Assembly: GCA_017618195.1 (NCBI GenBank)
Contig: JAFZUW010000013.1
Coordinates: forward strand, 9,223-73,222
Direction of reading: 5' to 3'
DNA from: Lachnospiraceae bacterium
Lineage (GTDB): Bacteria; Bacillota; Clostridia; Lachnospirales; Lachnospiraceae
DNA length: 64,000 nt
Every line of letters begins with the position of its first letter. The first letter of the stretch is position 1. Shown piece after piece: positions 34,481 to 43,226 of the stretch. The notes beneath the pieces were generated by a model. The model had not been told where the DNA came from. It made no database searches and saw only the letters and a list, made by a program, of their open reading frames with translations. The position numbers and the translations under genes were made by a program.

Positions 34481-35563
34481 ATGACCAGCAAAACAAACAA
34501 ACGAAGCCGCTTTCCGAAACGTCATTACGTGCAGCTGATGGCGGCCGTTTTGTACAACTGCAACTTCCGGGGATTTGCCGACGGAAAGATCTATAAGGGC
34601 GATACCAAGGGGCTCTGCGTTCCCGGGCTCAATTGCTATTCGTGCCCGGGCGCTGCCGCGTCCTGCCCGCTCGGAAGCCTTCAGAGCGCACTTGTCGGTT
34701 CCCGCTACCGGATTCCTTACTATATTCTCGGAACGATTCTTCTGTTCGGGCTCTTTCTCGGGCGGTTTATCTGCGGATTTCTGTGTCCGTTCGGCCTGAT
34801 CCAGGACCTTCTTCATAAGATTCCGACTCCGAAGATCGGAAAAAGCCGCGTCACACGGCTTCTTTCGCTGTTCAAATACGCTGTGCTCTTCGTATTTGTC
34901 TTAATCATTCCTCTTTGGAAACTGGCACCCGGCTTCTGCAAATACATATGCCCCGCCGGAACGTTTGAAGCAGGGATTCCTCTCGTATTCAAAAACCCCG
35001 TTCTGCGCGAGCTGACCGGGCGGCTCTTTACCTGGAAGGTGTTCCTGCTTTGCGTAATACTTCTTTTATGCATATTCTGCTTCCGCGCGTTCTGCCGGTT
35101 CGTATGCCCGCTCGGCGCGGTTTACTCGTTCTTTCAGCCGGTCGCGATATTCGGAATCCGCGTGTATCCTGACCGCTGCACGAATTGCGGTGCCTGCGTT
35201 CACGCCTGCCCGATGGATATCAAAAAAGTGCGCGACCGCGAATGCATCCATTGCGGCCAGTGCATCTCCTCATGTCCCGAAGGCGCGATACATTACGGGT
35301 TTAAGGATTCTGTGAAGGGGTCTTTGGAAGAAGCCGCCGCATCCGTTTTGGGACCTTCGGAGCATGCCTCCGCACCCGCCGGAACAGCGGCCGCTTCGGG
35401 AAAGCGTACCTTCGGTTCCCGTAAGACGATCCTTCTCGTCGTCCGGCTTGTCCTTTTCGTTCTCGGCGTCACGCTTCTGGTCGCCGGAATTCTCGGCGGC
35501 GGTTTCCGGGATGTCCTCAACAAGGCGATCCGGATATGTCACGAATGCATCGGCATCGGTTAA
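34481..35563 (+). CDS. Polytopic membrane 4Fe-4S-binding protein (NapH/MauN-like)
   Basis: Repeated CxxxCP motifs flank TM helices (CYSCPGAAASCPLG, CGFLCPFG, CKYICPAG, CRFVCPLG). There are two ferredoxin motifs (CTNCGACVHACP, CIHCGQCISSCP) and a C-terminal TM helix. Confidence 0.8.
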   Translation: MTSKTNKRSRFPKRHYVQLMAAVLYNCNFRGFADGKIYKGDTKGLCVPGLNCYSCPGAAASCPLGSLQSALVGSRYRIPYYILGTILLFGLFLGRFICGFLCPFGLIQDLLHKIPTPKIGKSRVTRLLSLFKYAVLFVFVLIIPLWKLAPGFCKYICPAGTFEAGIPLVFKNPVLRELTGRLFTWKVFLLCVILLLCIFCFRAFCRFVCPLGAVYSFFQPVAIFGIRVYPDRCTNCGACVHACPMDIKKVRDRECIHCGQCISSCPEGAIHYGFKDSVKGSLEEAAASVLGPSEHASAPAGTAAASGKRTFGSRKTILLVVRLVLFVLGVTLLVAGILGGGFRDVLNKAIRICHECIGIG

Positions 35564-35585
35564 AACCTTTCTGAAACTCAACACA

Positions 35586-35636
35586 TAAAAGCCGGCGGAC
35601 TGCAGTCTTTCGATTGCTCCGCCGGCTTATTTCTTT
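35586..35636. terminator. Bidirectional terminator between convergent operons
   Basis: AGCCGGCGGA...TCCGCCGGCT hairpin, flanked by an A-run (5') and a T-rich run (3'). Confidence 0.7.
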
Positions 35637-38082
35637 ACCATACTTCGATTTTCGTTGCGAAACGGTTCATGACCGCGCGGTCATGCGTAATAAAGATATA
35701 CGTCAAATGATACCGGTTATGCAGTTCCGCAAGAAGCGCCAGTATCTGCTCCTGTACCGTTACGTCAAGCGCGGATACGGGCTCATCCAGCACAAGGATC
35801 TCAGGCTGCGACATCAAAGCCATCCCGATCGCGACTCTCTGCCGCTGGCCGCCCGAAAGCTCCGTGATCTTTCTTGCGCCGTACTCCTCGGGGAGTCCGA
35901 TCGCGAGAAGCATCTCCTTTGCCTTCGCCTTTCGTTCTTCCTTCGGCACCTTCCGGATCCGAAGCGGTTCCTCAAGAAGCCACAATACCGATTTGGACGG
36001 ATTCAGGCTCCCGTACGGATCCTGGAATACCATCCCGACATTTCCTTTGATCTCCATCGTACCGACAAGCGGTCTTAACAATCCGCAGAGGCATTTCGCG
36101 AGTGTGGATTTTCCTGTGCCGCTTCGTCCGACGATGCCGTAAACCTCACCGCGTTTTACGGAAAGGTTATAGTTCGTAAGCACCTTCGTACGGTACTTCA
36201 GAGGTCTTAGGCCGTGCACCCTGCCGAATGCCATATGCAGATGCGAAACCTTTACAATCTCTTCGGAATCTTCGGGTACCTGCATGGTCTTTGCGAAGTC
36301 GGCACCCTCCGAAGCCGCGATCAGCTGCTTCGTGTAAGCGTCTTCCGGCTCCCGGAACAGCTTCTCCGCTTCTCCTTCTTCGACAACGACACCGTTATGG
36401 AACACCATAACACGGTCGCAAAGCCGCTTCACAATCCCGAGATCGTGCGAGATAAATAAGATCGCCGTCTGATACTTCTTCTGCAGCCGCGTAAGAAGCG
36501 TCAGTATCTGTTCCTGCGTTTCCGCATCAAGCGCCGTGGTCGGCTCGTCGCAGATCAGAACTTTCGGGTGATTGATCATCGCCATCGCGATCATGATACG
36601 CTGCCGCTGCCCGCCCGAAAGCTTGGACGGATAGCTCGAAAGAATCCGTTCCGTATCCTGCAGGTCAACCTCGAGAAGCGCTTCCGTGAGTCTTTCGTGA
36701 ATTTCTTCCTTGGTCCATCTGCGCTCGCCGTGCGTCAGCATCTCGGCCATCTGCCGACGGATCTTCATGGACGGATTCAGAGAAGACATCGGTTCCTGGA
36801 ACACCATCGCGATCTCGGCGCCGCGGTACCGCTGCATCTCTTTTGCATTGTAATGGGACATGTCCACCTTGTGGAAGCCCTCTTCATCTTCGTAAGTGAC
36901 CGAAATGTCGCCGATCGCGGCTCCCTTTTCCGGCAGAAGATGCATCACCGAAAGTGCCGTCACACTCTTGCCGCTTCCCGATTCTCCGACGATTCCGAGC
37001 TTCTCGCCGGGCTTCATCCCAAACGAGATTCCGTGAACCACTTCGTTCGGCTCACCGCTGTCGGAGGCAAATGCGATGCGCAGGTTCTTCACCGTAAGAA
37101 CCGCATCCGCCTGCGCGGCCTCTGCGGGTTTCGATTCATCCGCCCGAATGATTCCGGCGGACTCAGCCTCATCCGCCATTAAAGCATCCGCTGCTTCCGC
37201 GCACTCCTGCGCGCTTTCTTCGGGGTAGCGCTCACGGAGTATCCGGCGGATCTTTCTTCTTGCCTTAACCGGGTCTTCCGTATCGGCGGAATTACCGGAA
37301 TATACATCACTGATCAAGGTTACGCCGAGAACGCACAGCGCCAGAATAAGACCCGGAAACAACACCGTCCACGGGGACAGGCGGAGGTAACTCTGGCCCT
37401 CGCTGAGCATTCTTCCGAGACTCGCCTTCGGAGGCTGGACGCCGAGTCCGAGGTAGCTGAGGCCTGCTTCGGCAAGCACCGCGTTATTAAATCCGACCGC
37501 CATCGTAACAAGAAGCGTGGCGCGGATATTCGGCAGAATATGAACGAACAGGATGCGCATTTTCCCTGCGCCGAGGAGTTTCGCGTTCGCGACATAATCC
37601 ATCGGAACCTGCTTTTTGATCTCGCTTCGAACGACTCTTGCGATACTCGGGATGAACAGGATTCCGAGAGCAAGGATAACGTTCTTCTCGCCGGTACCGA
37701 AGATGCACACGAGTACAAGCGCCAGAAGGATGCTCGGAAATGCGAGCAGACTGTCGTTGATACGCATGACGATTGTGTCGAACAGCCCGCCGAAGTATCC
37801 GGCGAGAGCGCCGATCACGGTACCGATCACGCCGCCGATCAGAATCGTTGCGGCGCCGATCATAAAGGACGTCCTCGCACCGACCATGACGCGGCTTAAA
37901 ACATCGCGGCCGAGCTGGTCCGTTCCGAACGGGTGTGAAAGCGACGGACCGCAGTTTTTAAGTGCGGCGTTGATCGAAGTCGGATCATAAGGCGTACGGA
38001 TCAGGCCCCACAGCACGAGAAGCGCCGTCAGCCCTAAAAATACGCCTCCGCATATAAAGTTGAAGGAGCGGTATTTCTTCAT
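35635..38082 (-). CDS. Opp/Dpp-type ABC importer fusion: permease (DppC/OppC-like) + two ATPase domains (DppD- and DppF-like)
   Basis: The N-terminal BPD_transp_1 permease is followed by an acidic/Ala-rich linker. NBD1 has GESGSGKS and LSGGQRQRIMIAMAM. NBD2 has GRSGTGKST and LSGGQRQRVAIGMAL. Total length is 815 aa. Confidence 0.9.
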   Translation of the reverse strand: MKKYRSFNFICGGVFLGLTALLVLWGLIRTPYDPTSINAALKNCGPSLSHPFGTDQLGRDVLSRVMVGARTSFMIGAATILIGGVIGTVIGALAGYFGGLFDTIVMRINDSLLAFPSILLALVLVCIFGTGEKNVILALGILFIPSIARVVRSEIKKQVPMDYVANAKLLGAGKMRILFVHILPNIRATLLVTMAVGFNNAVLAEAGLSYLGLGVQPPKASLGRMLSEGQSYLRLSPWTVLFPGLILALCVLGVTLISDVYSGNSADTEDPVKARRKIRRILRERYPEESAQECAEAADALMADEAESAGIIRADESKPAEAAQADAVLTVKNLRIAFASDSGEPNEVVHGISFGMKPGEKLGIVGESGSGKSVTALSVMHLLPEKGAAIGDISVTYEDEEGFHKVDMSHYNAKEMQRYRGAEIAMVFQEPMSSLNPSMKIRRQMAEMLTHGERRWTKEEIHERLTEALLEVDLQDTERILSSYPSKLSGGQRQRIMIAMAMINHPKVLICDEPTTALDAETQEQILTLLTRLQKKYQTAILFISHDLGIVKRLCDRVMVFHNGVVVEEGEAEKLFREPEDAYTKQLIAASEGADFAKTMQVPEDSEEIVKVSHLHMAFGRVHGLRPLKYRTKVLTNYNLSVKRGEVYGIVGRSGTGKSTLAKCLCGLLRPLVGTMEIKGNVGMVFQDPYGSLNPSKSVLWLLEEPLRIRKVPKEERKAKAKEMLLAIGLPEEYGARKITELSGGQRQRVAIGMALMSQPEILVLDEPVSALDVTVQEQILALLAELHNRYHLTYIFITHDRAVMNRFATKIEVW

Positions 38083-39008
38083 TCGTTCTCGCCCCCTTTC
38101 TGAACAAGCGTTTCAATCACGCCGTTCAGCACGATCACGACGATTCCGATGTACAGAACCAGAGCCTGTACAACATCATAATCGCGGTTCGCTACCGAAC
38201 TGACCAGAAGCCGTCCGAGGCCGTTCACGCCGAACACCTGCTCAATTACGATGCTTCCGGCAACGATTTCCGAAACGATAACGCCGAGAAACGTTACCGA
38301 AGCCGCAAGAGCATTCGGCATCAGGTGCTTCCAGATGATCTCCCATTCGCCGAGGCCCTTGCTGCGCGCGGTGCGGACGTACTCCTTCTGCTTTTCCGTA
38401 AGAAGCGCGCTTCGAAGGAAACGGACGGTCATCGCAACCTTCGGAAGAGCGATCGAAAGTGCCGGGAAGAACAGGTACTCAAGGCACGGCCCGATGCCCT
38501 CATCATAGGAGACAAATGCGCCCGGGACGAACAGTTTGAGCCCGATCCCGAGGACAACCGAAATAATGATTCCGAGGAAAAATCCGGGAATCGCCATGAA
38601 AGTCTGGTTCAAAAAGACGCCGAACCGGTCGCCGATGCTTCCCGGATAGCGTGCATACAGCATGCCGAGCGGGAACGAAAGAACCAGAATGATCAGAAAC
38701 GCCAGTCCCGCAAGCAGAAGCGTGTTCGGAAGCATCTGTTTAAACAGATCCGAAACCGGACAGCGGAACCGGATGGAAGTGCCGAGGTCGCCGCGCAGAA
38801 CTCCGCCTGCCCAGCGTCCGTAGCGTACGAAGATGTTGTCGTTAAGACCCATCTCTTCCCGAAGCGCCTCGACCTGCTCCGGTGTCGCGTCAATTCCGAG
38901 TCTTGCCTGCGCGGCGTCGCCCGGAAGGACGGCAAATGCCAAAAAGGTAACAAAAGAGAGCACCACAACAGCAGCTGCCATCGATAAAATCTTTCTCGCT
39001 GCCTTCAT
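38079..39008 (-). CDS. Opp/Dpp-type ABC permease (DppB/OppB-like)
   Basis: 309 aa with 6 TM helices and a typical N-terminus. It has a 4-nt overlap with the fusion gene. Confidence 0.9.
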   Translation of the reverse strand: MKAARKILSMAAAVVVLSFVTFLAFAVLPGDAAQARLGIDATPEQVEALREEMGLNDNIFVRYGRWAGGVLRGDLGTSIRFRCPVSDLFKQMLPNTLLLAGLAFLIILVLSFPLGMLYARYPGSIGDRFGVFLNQTFMAIPGFFLGIIISVVLGIGLKLFVPGAFVSYDEGIGPCLEYLFFPALSIALPKVAMTVRFLRSALLTEKQKEYVRTARSKGLGEWEIIWKHLMPNALAASVTFLGVIVSEIVAGSIVIEQVFGVNGLGRLLVSSVANRDYDVVQALVLYIGIVVIVLNGVIETLVQKGGENE

Positions 39009-39042
39009 GGTGCTCCCTCCTTACTTGTCTTTCGAACCGGAA

Positions 39043-40563
39043 TTACTTTCCGTCCTTATAAAGTGCAGCCATATCCTGCACGTAAACCGGATAGAACGTG
39101 TATCCCGAAATTCCCTTCTTGACCGCTACCATCAGAGACGGGCTCTGAAGGAATACCGACGCTGCGTCGTCCGCGAGACACTGCTGTGCCTTCCGGTAAA
39201 GTTCCTTCTTCTTAGCATCGTCAGTGGTTGCCATCGCCTCTTTGTAAACGCGGTCATACTCACTGCTTTCGTAATTGATAAAGTTCTTCGCCGAACCGCC
39301 GATATAATACTTCAGAATATCGCTCGGTGCGAGCTGGGAGTCGAGTCCGATAATCGTGGACTCAAACTGATGTGCCTGGTATACGTCCGAAAGCCAGCTT
39401 GCCCATTCAATCAGCTGAATGTTCATCGTGATGCCGACCTTCTTATACTGGGAAACAAGAATTTCCGCAGTCTGTACGTGATACGAGTAGTTCGACGGAA
39501 CGGAACAGGTAAACGTAAATCCGTCCGGATAACCCGCTTCCTTCAAAAGCTGCTTAGCTTTCTCGGGATTGTACTCGTAAGTATTCGTGCATTCGTCATT
39601 GAAATAGCTCAAAAAGCCTGCGTAAACGCCGCTTCCGATCTTCTTTCCCTTGCCGCCGTTCAGCATCTGCAGGATTTCGTCCTTATCAACCGCATAGTTC
39701 ATCGCCTGACGGACTTTGGGATCGTCAAACGGCTTCACCTTGTTGTTCAGGAAAAGTCCCTGTACAAGGCTCATCTCTCCGACTTCGATGTTGTAAGAAC
39801 CCTTCAGCTGCTCCGCCTGGTCGACGGTCAGGTACGGGAACACATCGATCTCGCCGGCCTGCAGCTTCAGAAACGCCGCATCGGTGCTCTCGGAGATGGC
39901 AAATGTGACTTTGTCAAAATGTGCTTTCGTTCCGTAATAATCTTCGTACTTCTCCATGACAAAACTCTTCATGGGAGTATAGGAAACGAACTTGAAAGGG
40001 CCGGTTCCGACCGGCTTGGATGCCTGATCCTTATAATCCTTCGGGATAATGCTGCAGGTCAGATATCCGATCAGCTCGGTATTGGCTTCCTTTAAACGAA
40101 CAATGATGTAATCGGCTCCGTCTCTTTGTTCGGTAGTGATGTCGGATATAATAGAAAGGGCGGCCACCGCCTTCACCTCCGGATCGGAGGTCTCAAGCAT
40201 GCCCGCACAACGCTTCAGAGAATATATAACGTCCTCTGCCGTAACGGTCTTCCCGTTGTGGAACTTTACGCCTTTACGCAACTTGAAAGCGTATTCCGTT
40301 CCGTCCGTGGAAATCTGATAACTCTCCGCTACCGCAGGAACAAGACTGCCGTTTTGATCCGGTTTAACCAAACCTTCAAAAATGTTATACAGCACTTCTT
40401 TAGTTCCTGCCGCTACTGCTTTGTGTGGGTCAAGACTATCCAAATCCTGTGTGATTCCGACTGTCACCGAACCATCCCCGCTTTTCTTTGTGCCGCCTTT
40501 ACATCCGTAAAGTGCAGCCGCCGAAACGGTGATCAGAAGAGCCATGAAAAGAACTTTCTTCAT
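39043..40563 (-). CDS. ABC substrate-binding lipoprotein, family 5 (peptide/nickel type)
   Basis: Lipobox LYGCKGG and full-length SBP_bac_5-like sequence. The start is trimmed to MKKVLFMALL, preceded by GAAGGAGGAAAC. Confidence 0.9.
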   Translation of the reverse strand: MKKVLFMALLITVSAAALYGCKGGTKKSGDGSVTVGITQDLDSLDPHKAVAAGTKEVLYNIFEGLVKPDQNGSLVPAVAESYQISTDGTEYAFKLRKGVKFHNGKTVTAEDVIYSLKRCAGMLETSDPEVKAVAALSIISDITTEQRDGADYIIVRLKEANTELIGYLTCSIIPKDYKDQASKPVGTGPFKFVSYTPMKSFVMEKYEDYYGTKAHFDKVTFAISESTDAAFLKLQAGEIDVFPYLTVDQAEQLKGSYNIEVGEMSLVQGLFLNNKVKPFDDPKVRQAMNYAVDKDEILQMLNGGKGKKIGSGVYAGFLSYFNDECTNTYEYNPEKAKQLLKEAGYPDGFTFTCSVPSNYSYHVQTAEILVSQYKKVGITMNIQLIEWASWLSDVYQAHQFESTIIGLDSQLAPSDILKYYIGGSAKNFINYESSEYDRVYKEAMATTDDAKKKELYRKAQQCLADDAASVFLQSPSLMVAVKKGISGYTFYPVYVQDMAALYKDGK

Positions 40564-40615
40564 GTTTCCTCCTTCGCGGCATAAGATGTGCCGCATGTAT
40601 TCGATTTACAAGCGT

Positions 40616-40643
40616 ATTCTATCATATTTTCCGGGGAATGCAA
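40616..40643 (-). promoter_or_regulatory. Promoter of the Opp/Dpp-type operon
   Basis: TTGCAT, 16 nt, (TGa)TAGAAT on the minus strand. Confidence 0.55.
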
Positions 40644-40694
40644 GCCCTTTTTCACTGCCTCTGCCGGACGGATTGTGAAATATCCGTGGTTTCC

Positions 40695-40723
40695 TTGAAG
40701 CATTGCGGAAAATGTGATACGAT
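40695..40723 (+). promoter_or_regulatory. Promoter of the 40746 lipoprotein gene
   Basis: TTGAAG, 17 nt (ending in TGa), TACGAT on the plus strand. Confidence 0.55.
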
Positions 40724-40745
40724 ATCGTGCATGGGGGATATCAAC

Positions 40746-41558
40746 ATGAAGAAGCTGCTGATCATAACATGTATTGCGGTAACGGTCCTGTGTTCCGGCT
40801 GCCGGGGTGCGTCCGATCCGAAGCCTTCCGGCATAACCGCCTCACCTGTTCCGACCGGGGCGGAGAGCCCGACCGGAACGCCCGGACTTACCGAAACCCC
40901 TTCACCGGCCGTAACGCCTGAGCCCGGCCCGATTCACGTCGGGACATACGGCTTCACCAAAGAGGACGTGTTTTCGTATTTTCTGGAGGTAGGGCTTCAG
41001 GCGGAATACTCGGAGAAATCGGACACCGATTTCATCAAGAAATGGGTAACCCCGATTGTTGTCCGCACCGAAGGAACCCCTTCCGAAGAAGATTTAAGCC
41101 TGATCCGATCACTGTTTGACCGGCTGAATAAAGTCGAAGGTTTTCCCGGCATCCGCGAGCGGAAAGGAAACGAAGACGCGAACTGCGTTATCCGTTTTCT
41201 GGATTATGAAGAGTATGCGGGTTATGCCGAAAAAGCGGTTCACGACACCGCCACAGACGGATACGCTTTAATCCGTTTCCGAAACGGCGCCATCGAGGGC
41301 AGCGAGATCGGAATCCGGAACGACCTGACAAGGATGAATAAGAATCACGTGATCTTAGAAGAGGTTATACAGTCGCTCGGGCTTCAGAATGACAGTTATT
41401 CCTACCCGGACAGCCTGTTCTACCAGGGGTATAACGAACCTCAGCAGCCGAGCGATATGGACTGGCTGCTTGTCCGGTTTTTGTATCACAGCGAAATAAA
41501 GCCCGGAATGCGTGCCGCGGACTTACTCGAGGCTGCGGAGCGGATACTGGCGGATTGA
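40746..41558 (+). CDS. Lipoprotein, possibly DUF2927-like (HxxxE...Q.LGL.ND pattern)
   Basis: Lipobox VLCSGCRG, a Pro/Thr linker and HVILEEVIQSLGLQNDS near the C-terminus. The start is trimmed to MKKLLIITC, preceded by GGGGGA. Confidence 0.6.
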   Translation: MKKLLIITCIAVTVLCSGCRGASDPKPSGITASPVPTGAESPTGTPGLTETPSPAVTPEPGPIHVGTYGFTKEDVFSYFLEVGLQAEYSEKSDTDFIKKWVTPIVVRTEGTPSEEDLSLIRSLFDRLNKVEGFPGIRERKGNEDANCVIRFLDYEEYAGYAEKAVHDTATDGYALIRFRNGAIEGSEIGIRNDLTRMNKNHVILEEVIQSLGLQNDSYSYPDSLFYQGYNEPQQPSDMDWLLVRFLYHSEIKPGMRAADLLEAAERILAD

Positions 41559-41603
41559 TAAATACTCCCGGCAGACGGGATTACAGAAAGAAAAGAGGAC
41601 GAC

Positions 41604-42371
41604 ATGCAGGATTTGGACGGAAAGAAAACCGCACTTTCGGATGACGCGGAAATTTATAAGCTTCATGAGGAGCGTGCGGAAAGCCACTCGGCGAAGGAGC
41701 ATTGGAAATCGCTTGACCGCAAAGGCAAATGGCAGTATTTCTGCTCTTACTATCTTTGGTGGACGCTCGGCGGCATAGCCGTTCTGACGCTGATCGGCTA
41801 TATGATCTATTCCGCCGTGAAACCGAAGCCGGAGGAGCTGGCATTTGTCATAATCCTTGACTGCGCGATGGATACCGGCGTTGTTGACGATCAGTTTGAA
41901 AAAATCGTCGGGAAGTGCGGTTATGACACAAAGAAAGCGGAAATCAATTCGGATAAACGATTGACTTCCGCCAAAAACAATCTGACTGACATTCAGACCC
42001 TCTCCGCTTATATTTTCGCCGGTTCCGCAGACATCATGATTGGAACCGAAAGCGCTCTGTCACACTATGCGCAGCAGGGCATACTCCGTGATCTTGCCCC
42101 GATCCTTCCGCAGGATATCCTCGACGGGATTCCCGAAGAAGACCGCTACATTTATCATTATGTTCCGGAAAAGGATGACGATCCGGACGCCGTGGAACGC
42201 GATATCCTCATCGGATTCCGCATGGACGGTTGCGACCTCGTAAAAGAAGCCAAATATACGACCGGCGATACGGGCTTTATCCTCTCGCTCGTCGTATCCG
42301 GAAGCGACGACCGTCTTCCCGGAATCTATAAGATCATCCGCGCCCTGTACGGACTGCCTCAGGTGCAGTAA
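41604..42371 (+). CDS. Membrane-anchored hypothetical protein
   Basis: 255 aa with a single TM helix (YYLWWTLGGIAVLTLIGYMIY) after a charged N-terminus. I recognise no motif. Confidence 0.5.
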   Translation: MQDLDGKKTALSDDAEIYKLHEERAESHSAKEHWKSLDRKGKWQYFCSYYLWWTLGGIAVLTLIGYMIYSAVKPKPEELAFVIILDCAMDTGVVDDQFEKIVGKCGYDTKKAEINSDKRLTSAKNNLTDIQTLSAYIFAGSADIMIGTESALSHYAQQGILRDLAPILPQDILDGIPEEDRYIYHYVPEKDDDPDAVERDILIGFRMDGCDLVKEAKYTTGDTGFILSLVVSGSDDRLPGIYKIIRALYGLPQVQ

Positions 42372-42377
42372 CAGGGC

Positions 42378-42980
42378 TTATCTGGCGGAAGAATCGTATT
42401 TCGAAAGCTCTCCGTCCGCGCCGTTCGGAATCCCCTCGATCACGTTTTCACAGGATGCGACATAGCGCTGGTATACCGCGTTTTCGCGGAATTCCGCGAT
42501 CGTACTGTTGATCTCCGCAACCGTGTTGGCCATGGAGCAGTACAGCTCGCCGTTTTTCACCACTGCGGCGAAAACATACATACTTCCGACCTTCGGCAGC
42601 GTATCTCCGTCACTGATGAGGTACGTATGCTTGGTTCCCTTCCGCAATCCCCCTGCTTTTGTCAAGGGGATTTCTTTATTTCGGATCAGATTTCCCTTAA
42701 TGTTTTCGATAACGCGGACCGTATAATAGGTGACCGGCTTCTCGCCGTCCCCGTCTTCATATACCGTTTTGTCATAGGAAACCACTTCGGCGACAAATAC
42801 GTAAGAAGCGTACGTGGTAACCTGATAGATATCCTTTGAATTAACCGGCGGTTCCAAATAGAACGCGGCGATTTTCATATTCTTCGTTCCGATCGTTTCC
42901 GCAACCTCATACTCACTGCCGCAGCCTGTAAGGATGAGTGCCGTGATCGACAGCAGAACGGCCAGTAACCGCTTCTTCAT
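42378..42980 (-). CDS. Lipoprotein of unknown function
   Basis: Lipobox ALILTGCGSE and RBS AGGAGGGG. It lies directly behind a strong terminator hairpin. Confidence 0.6.
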   Translation of the reverse strand: MKKRLLAVLLSITALILTGCGSEYEVAETIGTKNMKIAAFYLEPPVNSKDIYQVTTYASYVFVAEVVSYDKTVYEDGDGEKPVTYYTVRVIENIKGNLIRNKEIPLTKAGGLRKGTKHTYLISDGDTLPKVGSMYVFAAVVKNGELYCSMANTVAEINSTIAEFRENAVYQRYVASCENVIEGIPNGADGELSKYDSSAR

Positions 42981-42999
42981 CTTGCCCCTCCTTTCTGAG

Positions 43000-43120
43000 A
43001 AAAAAGCAGCACAGCAAGAGCGCTGTGCTGCAAGTCAAACGATCATAATACCGATTTCATTCCCGCGGTATTTCAGACTTCTGACCTTGCGTCCCCGTAT
43101 TTCTGCGGGTATGCCCCCAC
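43000..43120 (-). promoter_or_regulatory. Candidate c-di-GMP-I (GEMM-like) riboswitch with an intrinsic terminator
   Basis: The minus strand reads GGGGGCATACC-CGCA-GAAA-TACG-GGGACGCAAGG. Compare the GEMM-I core GGCAAACC..GNRA..GGGACGCAAAGC as I remember it. A long second hairpin follows (AGGTCA...AATACCG[12 nt]CGGTATT...TGACTT). Then comes the terminator GCAGCACAGC-gctctt-GCTGTGCTGC plus TTTTTT (43000-43031), 8 nt before the RBS. Confidence 0.45.
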
Positions 43121-43124
43121 GATG

Positions 43125-43133
43125 ATTATAACA
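43125..43133 (-). promoter_or_regulatory. Extended -10 element upstream of the riboswitch candidate
   Basis: TGtTATAAT on the minus strand. Confidence 0.4.
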
Positions 43134-43226
43134 ACCTTAACATATTGTCTGATTCTCTGTCAAGGGAAGTCTTATACATTATCGTGAAAAGACGGGACGC
43201 AACATCTTTAAAACCGGTTCGGGGAA

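Noticed and set aside
38833-40095. A 420-aa plus-strand ORF, together with the similar long antisense ORFs at 24824-25870, 43308-44339, 44789-45835, 51388-52362 and 6097-6897.
   Set aside because: - Each lies entirely opposite a gene with clear family motifs (SBP/permease, XRE-TPR, asd, lipoprotein, YD-repeat, racemase).
- None has a recognisable domain.
- I treated them all as shadow ORFs.
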